A DNA stretch of 61,210 bases, filler included, from Nitrospinae bacterium RIFCSPLOWO2_12_FULL_45_22 (lineage in GTDB: Bacteria; 2-12-FULL-45-22): NCBI GenBank assembly GCA_001803565.1. It is 7 parts of 7 records of this genome, joined end to end, with 100 filler letters (N's around TTAATTAATTAA, not from the genome) between each part and the next. Parts side by side here need not be neighbours in the genome. Positions count along the whole stretch, not along the records: positions 44,664 to 54,647 come from MHDQ01000117.1; positions 54,748 to 61,210 come from MHDQ01000118.1; 5 more parts are not named here. One strand, 5' to 3'. The position numbers and the translations under genes are program-made. Below, piece by piece: positions 51,305 through 61,210 of the stretch. The notes below the pieces were generated by a model. The model had not been told where the DNA came from. It was given only the letters and a program-made list of their open reading frames with translations, and searched no databases. Position 1 is the stretch's first letter; the number at the start of each line of letters is the position of its first letter.

Positions 51305-52717
51305 ATGTTCCATCAACAATTCTACATTATTGCCAACTTTCTGATGCTCCTGGATGGTGTGATTATTATCGCCACCGGGTATATGGCCTATTCCATCAGC
51401 CTGGAATTCAGGACCGAAGGCTTGATTATGGGCTGGTATGACTTTGTTGGCTCGGGCTTATTCTTGATGTTTATCAATAATCTATTTTTGGGAAGGTTTG
51501 GCTTTTATTCCCAGAGACGATTTGCCTCAACCTGGGCCATGATTAAGGCCCTCTGTATGGCAGTCTCATTGGGTTTTATCGTCCTTTCTGCGGGTGTCCT
51601 TTTAATCGGGATCGAGCCTTTTTCCCGGGTGTTTTTTATTACCTATTTTTTGTCCGCAATGCTCGCCCTGATCATGACAAGGGTCATCCTGTATTATTAC
51701 CTGGACCACCGGGCCCGGACCAATCTCAACAGCCGCCAGATTCTCTTAATCGCAAGCAATGACCGGATCGGTATGGTAGCCGATGCCCTCTATCAGCAGC
51801 GCAGTTGGGGACATCAGGTAGTGGGATGCCTGAATGTCGATGGGGAAGGCAATACACAAGATTTGGACATACCGGTATTAGGAAATATCGATGACTTTGA
51901 TAATATCCTGCGTGAACGGCAAATCGATGAGGTCATATTTGCCTTACCCAAGAATTATCCGCTCGATTTTATGATGTATTTGCGCAAGTGTGAGACCATA
52001 GGGGTCAGGGTCCGAATTGTGCCATCATTGTTCACCCCGGACCATTCGAGCCTGAAGGTCGAAAGCATCGCGGGTATACCCACCATTACCAACTATATCG
52101 GCAGTGCGAGCGCCTCCGGGCTGCTGTACAAGAGGGTCCTGGATTTAGTGGTAGGGCTATTCGGGTTCCTGGCTTTTATCCTGCTTTACCCGGTAGTCGG
52201 GCTGGCCATCAAATTGGATTCGCCTGGTCCGGTGCTGTTCAAGCAGCGCAGAGTTGGTTTGCATGGCCGTCATTTTAATCTATACAAATTCCGTACCATG
52301 GTCTCAGATGCGGAATCGAAAAGGGCGGAAGTCACGATGGAGGCTGAGTCGGCCTGGCCGACCTTAAAGACGGAGAATGATTCCCGCATCACCAGGGTGG
52401 GACAATTCCTTCGGAAGGCTTCATTGGACGAATTTCCGCAATTTATCAACGTCTTAAAAGGTGAGATGAGTCTCGTAGGTACACGCCCGCCAATACCGGA
52501 CGAAGTTGAACACTATGAGGACTGGCACCGGCGAAGGATTTCCATCAAGCCGGGTATTACTGGTCTGTGGCAGGTATCGGGCCGGAAAGAGATCACCGAT
52601 TTTTCGCAGGTGGTGAAGCTCGACCTGAAATATATTGATAATTGGCGGTTTAGGCATGATTTTTGGTACCTGTGGAAGACCATCTGGGCCATCCTGGCCG
52701 GAAAAGGGGCGAAGTAG
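51305..52717 (+). CDS. Undecaprenyl-phosphate sugar phosphotransferase (WcaJ-like)
   Basis: TM helices, KRVLD, IKLDSPGPVLFKQRRVG, YKFRTM, SLDEFPQFINVLKGEMSLVGTRP, KPGITGLWQV. Confidence 0.95.
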   Translation: MFHQQFYIIANFLMLLDGVIIIATGYMAYSISLEFRTEGLIMGWYDFVGSGLFLMFINNLFLGRFGFYSQRRFASTWAMIKALCMAVSLGFIVLSAGVLLIGIEPFSRVFFITYFLSAMLALIMTRVILYYYLDHRARTNLNSRQILLIASNDRIGMVADALYQQRSWGHQVVGCLNVDGEGNTQDLDIPVLGNIDDFDNILRERQIDEVIFALPKNYPLDFMMYLRKCETIGVRVRIVPSLFTPDHSSLKVESIAGIPTITNYIGSASASGLLYKRVLDLVVGLFGFLAFILLYPVVGLAIKLDSPGPVLFKQRRVGLHGRHFNLYKFRTMVSDAESKRAEVTMEAESAWPTLKTENDSRITRVGQFLRKASLDEFPQFINVLKGEMSLVGTRPPIPDEVEHYEDWHRRRISIKPGITGLWQVSGRKEITDFSQVVKLDLKYIDNWRFRHDFWYLWKTIWAILAGKGAK

Positions 52718-52805
52718 CCGTGGAGGAGGAATTTAGCTCATAGCTCATAGCTGTAAGCTCATAGCGGAAAAAGGACATTCTTGTAGGACTAAGTGGGAGA
52801 AAATT

Positions 52806-54449
52806 ATGCAGGGAAATACGGTCGATAGAAGGAACGGGCTATTATGGGCTTCAATTATCGTTCTGGCGGGCTCTTTTTGCCTGCAATACTGGGTTGATCT
52901 CGGCGACCTGTTAGGCCGGTGGGACAGTGAGGACTTTTCTTATTGTTACCTGGTTCCGCTGGTATTTCTGTGGCTGGTTTATCTAAAAAGAGACTCCCTA
53001 AAAAGATATGAATTACGCCCCTCCCATTGGGGCATGGTCGTTTTATTACTCTCGGGGGCTTTCTACACGCTGGGTAAGCTCGGCTCGGTGGTAACGTTGA
53101 TCCATATATCTCTATGGATAACCCTTATGGGATTGACCGCATTGATCCTGGGCATCGCCATCGTTAAATCCCTTGGCTTTCCCTTTTTGATTCTGGGCTT
53201 TATCATCCCGCTCCCTCCGTTCCTGAACAATCTATTTACTTTCAAGCTAAAATTGATCGCCAGCTCTTTATCGATAAAAATGATTCAATTGTTTGGAATT
53301 TCTGTCTTCCGGGAGGGCAATATCATCGACCTTGGCGTCATGCAGCTCCAGGTGGTGGATGCCTGTAGTGGATTGCGGTATGTTTATCCCCTGCTGCTCA
53401 TAGCGCTATTGTTTGCCTATCTGTTCCATAAGAAATGGTGGGAACGTGCCATCATGGTCCTGGCCGCCATACCCATCGCCATATTTTCCAATGCCCTCCG
53501 GATCGGCATCACGGTTATCCTGGCAGACAAGGTATCGCTGGGGGTGGCGGAGGGTTTTTTTCATGATTTTTCTGGGTGGTTGATCTTTATGGTCTCTTTT
53601 GTTGTCTTATTATTCTTGAGCCAGGTTTTAAAGATCATAAAACCCGCCATGAAAAAAGAGACCCCCATGGGCACCAGACTCTCAAGGGGAAATACACATC
53701 TACATCGCCATTCCCCCCAGGGGCTGGCGGTAGGCATGAGGGTAAGAGATGGCTTCTCAGCAGAAAATAAAAAACCAGTTGCCGGCCTTTTCCATCTCAA
53801 GGACATCAGCATACCCTATCTCTGGGTAGCTTCGATTCTCTTATTGAGCTTTTGGGGATTAAATAGCGCCCTTGCCGCCGGCCGGATTAAACCTGAGAGA
53901 CTCGCATTCGAGGATTTTCCCGCCGTGATGGGTGACTGGAAAGGGGAAAGGACATACCTGAGGGAGGAGATATTGAATTCCCTCTGGGCGGATGATTATG
54001 TGCACAGCATATTCCGGAATGCCCGCACCGGTGATCTGCTTCTTCTCTTCGTACCCTATTATGAATATCAAGGGGTCGGGCATACAGCCCATTCCCCGGT
54101 TTCATGCCTGGTGGGTGGCGGATTTGCCCCCCGGAGCAGGAACATTATCGAGAGAGATTTTCGGGTACCATTCGGCAAAGTGAAGATCAGTCGGATGATC
54201 TTAGAAAAAGACGGGCAACTCCTATTATCCAACTACTGGTTTCAGCAGCGAGGTCGCATCATCGATAATGAGTACTGGAACAAGTGGTATCTTTTCTGGG
54301 ATTCGATAAGCAGGAGACGTACTGATGGGGCCCTGGTAAGGCTGGAGATGCCACTGAGAAATGGCCAGGATATAAAAGATGCCCAGGCATTGCTGGATTC
54401 ATTCATCCTGGAATTAATGGAGATACTCCCGAGATACGTGCCCAATTAG
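52806..54449 (+). CDS. Exosortase fused to an EpsI domain (XrtD-like)
   Basis: VVDACSGLR (Cys), SNALRI (Arg), FFHDFSG (His); EpsI motifs HSPVSCLVGGG, YWFQQRGR, RRTDGALVR. Confidence 0.92.
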   Translation: MQGNTVDRRNGLLWASIIVLAGSFCLQYWVDLGDLLGRWDSEDFSYCYLVPLVFLWLVYLKRDSLKRYELRPSHWGMVVLLLSGAFYTLGKLGSVVTLIHISLWITLMGLTALILGIAIVKSLGFPFLILGFIIPLPPFLNNLFTFKLKLIASSLSIKMIQLFGISVFREGNIIDLGVMQLQVVDACSGLRYVYPLLLIALLFAYLFHKKWWERAIMVLAAIPIAIFSNALRIGITVILADKVSLGVAEGFFHDFSGWLIFMVSFVVLLFLSQVLKIIKPAMKKETPMGTRLSRGNTHLHRHSPQGLAVGMRVRDGFSAENKKPVAGLFHLKDISIPYLWVASILLLSFWGLNSALAAGRIKPERLAFEDFPAVMGDWKGERTYLREEILNSLWADDYVHSIFRNARTGDLLLLFVPYYEYQGVGHTAHSPVSCLVGGGFAPRSRNIIERDFRVPFGKVKISRMILEKDGQLLLSNYWFQQRGRIIDNEYWNKWYLFWDSISRRRTDGALVRLEMPLRNGQDIKDAQALLDSFILELMEILPRYVPN

Positions 54450-54647
54450 TAGAGCGTTTCCTAAATACCGTGTAACCGTTCACCCAGGGAAGTTTTATTA
54501 GCCACTAAGGCACCAAGACACCAAGGGTCAAATGTATGATGCAGAGCAAGCTCTGCCATTACAAGCAAAAAATAATTTGTAGTGATCGAGCCTTCGGGCT
54601 GAGGCCCTCTAGGCCGAAGGCTTGCTCGCCTCTATCCAGGTCCTTTG
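54447..54647. repeat. Stack of nested repeat-element left ends at the contig end
   Basis: TAGTAGAGCGTTTCC, GTAACCGTTCA, GCCACTAAGGCACCAAGACACCAAG in series, matching families at 46937, 20151 and 23371. Confidence 0.65.
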
Positions 54648-54747
54648 NNNNNNNNNNNNNNNNNNNNNNNNNNNNNNNNNNNNNNNNNNNNTTAATTAAT
54701 TAANNNNNNNNNNNNNNNNNNNNNNNNNNNNNNNNNNNNNNNNNNNN
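54648..54747. other. Artificial contig linker
   Basis: N44-TTAATTAATTAA-N44. Confidence 0.99.
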
Positions 54748-54844
54748 TTATGATAATAAGCGTCAGTAGATGTATAATCTAACATTCCATCTTGTCCCTC
54801 TTTTTTGAATTGCTTCTCTAATATGCGAAAAGCTAATGCTTCAG

Positions 54845-56374
54845 CTATAACTTCGGCAAGAGGGCAGCTCCAACTTCGGAACCTTTCACAGTGAATGTGG
54901 TTCTTCCGACTTTACCGTCATCTGATAATTTTTTCAAAAATACTGGCGACGCACGAACTTTTATATTATCAGGATCACTGCTTATAATATTTATGGGTAA
55001 GGACTCATCCAAAAGTTCAAAATGTTTTATCACAATAGAAAAAGTTTTAGGCTGATTAACTATAATAGGGTGTTCATCAGGCGGAATTATGTGTAATCCT
55101 ATGCCGAGTTTTTTAATTTTGGAATCATCAATGTCCTCCGTTGGAATTTCTTCTTCTAATTCGGTTAATTTCTTCTCGAAAACTTTTGAAATCTCTTCCG
55201 AAAGGTCATCTAATTTTTTCTTAAGATTTTCATTCATAACATCTCGTTTGAGAAGTTCCTCAGCGCTTTTTAGTTCTTCGATGAAAGGTTGTAGAATTTC
55301 TTTACATTTTTTATAAAGTGCCTGTGCAAAAGGATGTTCAAGTATCAAGCCATCGCGGAACGGATCTAATAATCTCATCGGACTATTTGTAGGGTGATTT
55401 GGATTATCTGGATTTGCTTCTTCCCGATCGTCATATTCACGAATTAATTTATCAATAAAATCGCACCGCAATTTACCTGTAAATCTCCGAGAAAAAGGTT
55501 CTGATTCGAGCCCAAAATGATTGCAATCATGAATAGCTGCCGCACTTTTAACCAAAATACCTTCTCTATAGGGAAGGTTTTCTTGCTCAAAAGAAGTCGC
55601 ATGCTTATGGATAACAAGGTGGGCTGTTGCGTCAGGATAATTAGGAATTATAAAATCGCTATCAAATACAAATTCTCCCACCGGATACTTATAGATGAGG
55701 CGATCCTCTCGGTTTTTGTTTAGATCTACGAGTGTTACCTCTCTGTTAGGATTAGAAAATAAATCTCGCAGGCTATAATATCTATAAAAATCTTTTAACA
55801 GAGTTTCATGTTGCGGGACTTTAAACCTACTCTGGACCTTAATAAACACTACTGTGCCGTTGCCTCTTGGAACACCGAGTTTGTCCCGCGTCACAGCAGT
55901 GACCTTTTTAGGGCGAGGTTCTGTAAAGCGACATTTTAAGGAGGGAGGAATAATCAGGCAATTATATTCATCTCCTTTAATACTTTCAAAACGAACATCG
56001 CCAAAAGCGGAAACATCTCTTGCACCTCGTCCATGGAGACCCCGGCGTGCTTTTCCTTTCTCAAATCCTGAAGTTCTTCTACCCAATGTACCAAGTTTAC
56101 GGAACATTTCTTCTCTGCTCATCCCTCCAGCTCTATCGCGTACTATCACAATAGATGATTGCCCTTTTTTTCTCCTCTCAATCTCTATTCTGATTTTCCC
56201 TGAAGCTAGTTTTCCTCCTTCATCTTCTAAATCTCGATAGCTATCATCGGAATTCGTTATTAGTTCTACCAACCCACGTTCAATTTTTCCCCTCATAGCT
56301 CTCTCCATATTCTGACGCTTATAGCGTGGGTCTGCTCCGAGGTCCCATTCGGCTGGGATTTCACCTCTTGGCAT
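54845..56374 (-). CDS. GHKL (MORC/Hsp90-like) ATPase, C-terminal region frameshifted or deleted
   Basis: LVELITNSDDS, VRDRAGGMSREE, RGLHGRGARD, GTVV; RBS AAGGAGGT; another frame continues LAEVIAEALAFRILEKQF to the contig edge. Confidence 0.85.
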   Translation of the reverse strand: MPRGEIPAEWDLGADPRYKRQNMERAMRGKIERGLVELITNSDDSYRDLEDEGGKLASGKIRIEIERRKKGQSSIVIVRDRAGGMSREEMFRKLGTLGRRTSGFEKGKARRGLHGRGARDVSAFGDVRFESIKGDEYNCLIIPPSLKCRFTEPRPKKVTAVTRDKLGVPRGNGTVVFIKVQSRFKVPQHETLLKDFYRYYSLRDLFSNPNREVTLVDLNKNREDRLIYKYPVGEFVFDSDFIIPNYPDATAHLVIHKHATSFEQENLPYREGILVKSAAAIHDCNHFGLESEPFSRRFTGKLRCDFIDKLIREYDDREEANPDNPNHPTNSPMRLLDPFRDGLILEHPFAQALYKKCKEILQPFIEELKSAEELLKRDVMNENLKKKLDDLSEEISKVFEKKLTELEEEIPTEDIDDSKIKKLGIGLHIIPPDEHPIIVNQPKTFSIVIKHFELLDESLPINIISSDPDNIKVRASPVFLKKLSDDGKVGRTTFTVKGSEVGAALLPKL

Positions 56375-57008
56375 TTCTTTCACCTCCTTTTTCACCTAAG
56401 AGTAATGCAAACTTCTTTCGACAGGAATTCACATAATTTTTAACTTCTTCTTTTTTCAGTTCTTCGGCTACTGAGTAGAGTTGCTCTAGTCGAGCGTTTA
56501 ATACCTCGGCTCTAGTGTTTACGGTACAGACAATTGATTCAGCGAACTCAGCATGTGAAATTTCTGCTTCTTCTCCGTACTCCCTAAACTTTTTGAAAGC
56601 TACACTTTTAAGAAGTTCTTTTAGTTTTCGATCTGCGGCTAAGCGGTCTCCTATTGGTCTATGTTCACCTAAATATTGTTCGATTCGTGGTTTATTCACT
56701 TTTATCCATTTAATTCCCTCAGCGGTAAGTATCCATCCTCCAACGCTCTTGACTGTTCTCTTCCTTTCGCTTTCTCCTTTAACTAAGGCCCCATATTTCG
56801 GCTTTTTTGCCGCTTCCAGCGCAAAACGGGCAGGTGCAAGATCTGGATACTCCGGGTATTTTACCCAAGAAAATTTGGATGGAGCTACTTGGTAACACTT
56901 TAAAGCAATGTCTTCTGTATGAACGCGCTTCTGCCACCCTCCTAAAAGATAAAGGGCATAGAGAACGATATCCTTATCACTTAACTTATCTAATTTTTGT
57001 TCCTTCAT
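56361..57008 (-). CDS. Hypothetical protein, probable winged-helix N-terminus
   Basis: DIVLYALYLLGGWQKRVHTEDIALKC...FSWVKYPEYPD...GWILTAEGIKW; overlaps the ATPase start. Confidence 0.75.
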   Translation of the reverse strand: MKEQKLDKLSDKDIVLYALYLLGGWQKRVHTEDIALKCYQVAPSKFSWVKYPEYPDLAPARFALEAAKKPKYGALVKGESERKRTVKSVGGWILTAEGIKWIKVNKPRIEQYLGEHRPIGDRLAADRKLKELLKSVAFKKFREYGEEAEISHAEFAESIVCTVNTRAEVLNARLEQLYSVAEELKKEEVKNYVNSCRKKFALLLGEKGGERNAKR

Positions 57009-57079
57009 TTCACATTCCTTTTGCTTTAGCATCACATTATTTACTGAAATTTAAATAAGATCTTTTCAAGCAAAATGTC

Positions 57080-57183
57080 GCCTAACTTGTTTATATCCGT
57101 ACTTCGCTTTTTATCCCAGATTGGGAGGATAGACGAAGTTCTTTTTTTGTACTATTTTGGAGGTATATCCGAACTTCGGATAT
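57080..57183 (-). mobile_element. attI-like site without adjacent integrase
   Basis: Minus-strand GTTAGGC core (57080-57086); direct repeats TATATCCG(T/A)ACTTCG at 57092 and 57164; palindrome ATATCCGAA-C-TTCGGATAT. Confidence 0.55.
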
Positions 57184-57196
57184 TGTTACAATAAAA

Positions 57197-58387
57197 TTAA
57201 ACCCAGGATATGGAAGGGAGGTTATTTTCTAATTTCTCTTTAATATCCGAGAGAAAAGAGGCAGCCAATGCACCATCTACTATTCGATGATCAGCAGCTA
57301 GCCCCAGGGTCATAATGGGTCTTATAGTCAACTCTCCCCTTGTTACCCAGGGGCGCTCCCTTATCCTTCCTACAGAAAGAATAGCCGTTTGAGGCGGGTT
57401 AATGATAGCCGTAAAGTAATCAACGCCATACATCCCCAGATTAGAGATGGTGAAGGTACCTCCCTCTACCTCAGAGAAAGCCAGCTTATTATCCAGTGCC
57501 TTCTGAACTAGACTCGCTCTCTCTATCACTATATCAGATAAGGATTTATCCGGTACACCTTTTATTACCGGCACTATAAGCCCTTCATCGGTTGCTACTG
57601 CCAGACCAATATTGATCTCTTTCAAAATCCTTATCTTATCGCCCTCCAGAGTAGCATTGAAGAGGGGAAATTGCGCTATAGAGAAGGTTACTATCTTAAC
57701 CAATATATCGTTATAGGAGAGCTCTGGTATCCGCAGAAGGAACTTAGTCCTTAAGGCTTGCAGTTCATGGGCATCTATCTCGGTAAATAGATAGATATGG
57801 GGAATGGTAGAATAACTGGTTCCGAGCCTCTGGGAGATGATTTTTCTGCGGCGGCTCATAGGTATTATAGCCCCTAAGGTCAGGGATTCCTTTCCTTCGG
57901 CTATCTCCTCCTTGCCCTGAGCTTCCCAAAATGCCTCCACATCTTCTCTAGTTATCCTGCCACCAGGTCCGGTACCTTTTACCCCGGATAAATTGATCCC
58001 CTTTGCCTGGGCCAGCTTCCTTGCCGCCGGGGAGGCCTTTAGCTTATCGGAAACCTGGTGCCGTTCAATGATTAATTCTTTCTGCGTAGTGCCTGACACC
58101 GTCTCTAAAGGCTTACTAACCAGATCTCCTGGGGATAGTTCCTCACCTTTATTAGCTATTAGGGCAAGGGTTTGGCCGACCGGGATAGGTTCTTCCGAGG
58201 GCATTATTAATATTTTTGCCAGGACCCCGGAACAAGGGGCCTCTATTTCGTACTCGATCTTATCCGATTCAATCCGGAGGATGGTTTGCCCTTCCTCTAC
58301 CCTCTCTCCTTCGTCTACTAGCCATTCTACTACTTTCCCTTCGGTCATGGACATGCCCAGTTTAGGCATAATAATCTTCCAGGCCAT
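57197..58387 (-). CDS. Dihydrolipoamide acyltransferase E2
   Basis: Lipoyl domain MPKLG...IESDKIE, ASPAARKLA, GTGPGGRI, FTISNLG, ADHRIVDG. Confidence 0.95.
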   Translation of the reverse strand: MAWKIIMPKLGMSMTEGKVVEWLVDEGERVEEGQTILRIESDKIEYEIEAPCSGVLAKILIMPSEEPIPVGQTLALIANKGEELSPGDLVSKPLETVSGTTQKELIIERHQVSDKLKASPAARKLAQAKGINLSGVKGTGPGGRITREDVEAFWEAQGKEEIAEGKESLTLGAIIPMSRRRKIISQRLGTSYSTIPHIYLFTEIDAHELQALRTKFLLRIPELSYNDILVKIVTFSIAQFPLFNATLEGDKIRILKEINIGLAVATDEGLIVPVIKGVPDKSLSDIVIERASLVQKALDNKLAFSEVEGGTFTISNLGMYGVDYFTAIINPPQTAILSVGRIRERPWVTRGELTIRPIMTLGLAADHRIVDGALAASFLSDIKEKLENNLPSISWV

Positions 58388-58400
58388 CTACTAAACTCCA

Positions 58401-58585
58401 AAAAATGCAAAGCTTAAAACGCAAAGCGCAAAACTAAGGTTAGACCGTAAGACCTAAGAGCGTTAGGAGAGAGGAGTAAGACATAAGTGGTAATGGACAA
58501 AACCAATTTCACCTTACTCCTCACCCCTTACGACTTACGCCCTATTTCTCGGCTCTACACCTTGCGCTTTACACTTTTAGCTTTC
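58401..58585. repeat. Two nested inverted heptamer arrays, empty
   Basis: Outer AAAATGCAAAGCTTAAAACGCAAAGCGCAAAAC...TTGCGCTTTACACTTTTAGCTTT; inner CGTAAGA/AGTAAGA...CCTTACTCCTCACCCCTTACGACTTACG. Confidence 0.75.
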
Positions 58586-58586
58586 T

Positions 58587-59558
58587 TTACAGGATTTGAC
58601 GGGCAGCCCTCAGGATCTTCTCTTCATCGGGTAAATAATGCTTCTCCAAAACAGGGTTGAAAGGTATAGGGACATCCGGGGCCGCTACCCTCTTAATAGG
58701 GGCATCCAGGGAATCAAAGGCCTCATCAGCAATCAGAGCCGCTATCTCTCCGCCAAACCCCCCAGTAAGGCACGCTTCATGGACTATAATTACCCGGCCG
58801 GTCTTTTCTACTGAGCTAAAGATAGCTTCCTTATCCAGAGGAACCAGGGTGCGTAAATCAATGACTTCTGCTTTAATTGCCTCTTTAGAGAGGATGTCCG
58901 CGGCCGAGAGACAGATATCTACCATGCGGGACCAGGAGATCAGGGTAAGGTCTTTACCTTCCCGCAGGATTTGTGCCTTTCCCAGTGGAATAGTATACTC
59001 CCCTTCTGGCACCTCTCCTTTCTTCCCATAGAGGAGCTTATGCTCAATAAAAATAACCGGGTTATTATCCTTTATGGCAGCCTTCAGGAGGCCCTTAGCA
59101 TCCTGAGGGGTAGAGGGCATGACTACTTTGAGGCCCGGGGTATGGGCAAACCAGGCCTCCAGACTCTGAGAATGCTGAGCTGAAGCACTGAACCCTGCAC
59201 CAGCACAGGTCCTGATAGTGAGAGGCAAGGTGGCTTTCCCGCCAAACATATACCGCATCTTAGCCGCCTGGTTGACAATCTGATCCATAGCCACGGCAGT
59301 AAAATCTATAAACATTAATTCTATTACCGGCCTCATACCGGTGACGGCTGCGCCAATAGCTGAGCCAACGATAGCAGCTTCAGTAATCGGGGTATCCCGG
59401 ACTCTTTCTTCGCCAAAATCTTCCAATAAACCACCGGTAACGCCAAATACTCCACCCATCAGGCCTATATCTTCCCCGGCAATAAATACAGTGGGGTCTT
59501 TCTTCATCTCTTCCCGAAGGGCTTCATTTATAGCCTGAGCAAAGGTTATCTCTCGCAT
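58587..59558 (-). CDS. 2-oxoacid/acetoin dehydrogenase E1 beta subunit
   Basis: [37 protein letters not shown]. Confidence 0.95.
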   Translation of the reverse strand: MREITFAQAINEALREEMKKDPTVFIAGEDIGLMGGVFGVTGGLLEDFGEERVRDTPITEAAIVGSAIGAAVTGMRPVIELMFIDFTAVAMDQIVNQAAKMRYMFGGKATLPLTIRTCAGAGFSASAQHSQSLEAWFAHTPGLKVVMPSTPQDAKGLLKAAIKDNNPVIFIEHKLLYGKKGEVPEGEYTIPLGKAQILREGKDLTLISWSRMVDICLSAADILSKEAIKAEVIDLRTLVPLDKEAIFSSVEKTGRVIIVHEACLTGGFGGEIAALIADEAFDSLDAPIKRVAAPDVPIPFNPVLEKHYLPDEEKILRAARQIL

Positions 59559-59571
59559 AATTCCCTCCTGA

Positions 59572-60534
59572 TTATGGTGTAAAGACATCTTCCAGCAACT
59601 TTTCCGTAGTGGGGTGCGGGCACTCCTCGGCATATTTTACAGTCTCTGCTATAGTCGCTCTTATCTCTTCCTCCATGGTTTCAAAACCCCTGGTTGTAAG
59701 TATCTTCATTTCTAATAGCTTATTCCTAAATCGCTTTATCGGGTCTTTTTTGGCCCACTCTTCCATCTCATTTTTAGTCCGATAGGCCATTGGGTCTCCT
59801 TCAAAATGACCCCGCAACCGATAAGTCTTGCACTCAATAAGGGTAGGCCCCTCCCCTGCCCGGGCCCTTCCTACTGCCTCATGGACCGCCTCATAGACCG
59901 CCAACACATCATTACCATCAATAGTTATACCCGGTATGCCATAGGCCTGGGCCCTATTAGATATATCCCTTATGTTTTGGTGTTTAGTCTGGCAAACGGA
60001 TATTCCATAGAGGTTGTTTTCACAGATAAATATTACTGGTAGGCGCCAGACAGAGGACAGGTTAATCCCTTCATGAAAGGTGCTCTGGTTAGAAGCCCCA
60101 TCACCAAAGAAGCATAGTGTTACCTGATCAGTCTTCCGGAGTTTAGCCGATAAACCTGCACCAGGGGCTATGGCCAGCCCTCCCCCCACAATGCCGTTAG
60201 CGCCTAAAATACCAATGTCCAGGTCAGAAATATGCATAGAACCACCCTTGCCTTTGCAGTATCCAGCTTCTTTACCATATATCTCCGCCATCATCTTCCG
60301 GAGGTCTCCGCCCTTAGCAATACAATGGCCGTGACCCCGGTGGGTACTGGTTATATAATCATCCCTTCTCAGGGTAGTACAGGCCCCCGTGGCTACAGCC
60401 TCCTGCCCCACATATAAGTGGACAAACCCCGGGATACGGCCCTGAGCAAATAGTTCTGCTAACTTAAGCTCAAAATGACGGATAGTAACCATAACCTTCA
60501 ATAATCCTAAAAGCTCCTTCTCAGTCAGGTCCAT
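59572..60534 (-). CDS. 2-oxoacid/acetoin dehydrogenase E1 alpha subunit
   Basis: [34 protein letters not shown]...ENN TPP motif, TYRLRGH. Confidence 0.95.
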   Translation of the reverse strand: MDLTEKELLGLLKVMVTIRHFELKLAELFAQGRIPGFVHLYVGQEAVATGACTTLRRDDYITSTHRGHGHCIAKGGDLRKMMAEIYGKEAGYCKGKGGSMHISDLDIGILGANGIVGGGLAIAPGAGLSAKLRKTDQVTLCFFGDGASNQSTFHEGINLSSVWRLPVIFICENNLYGISVCQTKHQNIRDISNRAQAYGIPGITIDGNDVLAVYEAVHEAVGRARAGEGPTLIECKTYRLRGHFEGDPMAYRTKNEMEEWAKKDPIKRFRNKLLEMKILTTRGFETMEEEIRATIAETVKYAEECPHPTTEKLLEDVFTP

Positions 60535-61029
60535 AATTTGTCCTCCCCAGGTCTTTGCTGACTCCCAGTGTTACGTTTAGACCAAAAATTACAACAATCA
60601 ACGGAAAATAAGGTAACACTTTTCCCCCTGAAAGTTCAACCAAAAAAAAAGGGGAAGTGTTATAAAGAGGAAAGACAAAGGAATCAGGAAGACACGCTAA
60701 TGTTTCTTAAGACAGCCGAGGAATATGGGATAACAGGAATAAAAAATTCACCCCACATAAAAAAATAGGTGTAACCATCCTCAAAACCGTTTATAATAAA
60801 GGGGAGATTAACATTAAAGGAGGTTACACCTTAGGGCAAGGTGTACCACAAAAGAATCTATTTAGCTGGAGGAGGCATTAAGAGGACTCTTAGGCACTCA
60901 CACCTATCACCGGGGCATAAGAGAGATGCAGTTGAAATGATCGCTGGTCGTTTTGGATTTCAAACAGACAACAAAACAGAAAAAATTATACGAAAAGAGG
61001 GCTCCGGTAAATCCTTATAAATAGTAGCG

Positions 61030-61118
61030 GCCGGGGTGGCGGAATTGGTAGACGCAAGGGACTTAAAATCCCTCGGTGTTACTGCACCGTGCCGGTTCAA
61101 GTCCGGCTCCCGGCACCA
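61030..61118 (+). tRNA. tRNA-Leu(TAA)
   Basis: Acceptor GCCGGGG/TCCCGGC, anticodon arm AGGGA-CTTAAAA-TCCCT, long variable arm, GCCGG-TTCAAGT-CCGGC, encoded CCA. Confidence 0.97.
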
Positions 61119-61210
61119 GAAAAATCAAGGTAATGTGGGTAATAAATGGGGAGATTAAATTTTTTGCTGGATAGAATTCCCTAAAATCAACTGTAAAATC
61201 GCCATACGAA

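Overview
This window is not one continuous locus. It is seven separate contigs of a draft or metagenome-assembled bacterial genome, joined by artificial 100-nt linkers (44 N + TTAATTAATTAA + 44 N), so gene neighbourhood is meaningful only inside a contig. Contig 1 (1-9524) holds a complete type I-C CRISPR-Cas locus with a hidden Cas11 start and two toxin-less antitoxin genes between cas4 and cas1. Contig 2 holds an XRE-HTH-fused DNA methyltransferase with a frameshifted PD-(D/E)XK partner, ddl and an AsmA-like gene. Contig 3 holds aroF, metabolic genes and a MazF-type integron cassette. Contig 4 holds cimA, ppdK, ribD and an integron with a deleted intI and three cassettes, one being a roughly 5-kb type III R-M + HEPN/MNT unit. 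Contig 5 is housekeeping (serS, ftsB, hemL, mtnP). Contig 6 holds decayed toxin-antitoxin modules, a PIN-DegT fusion and an exopolysaccharide/exosortase operon. Contig 7 holds an attI-like site followed by a wHTH-like + GHKL ATPase pair, a 2-oxoacid/acetoin dehydrogenase operon and tRNA-Leu(TAA). The best candidates for under-described systems are (i) inverted short-tandem-repeat elements at gene junctions, either empty or carrying four-helix-bundle or GxxExxY genes, (ii) the wHTH-GHKL cassette, and (iii) the PIN-DegT fusion. All family calls come from motif recognition by eye; no database search was run.
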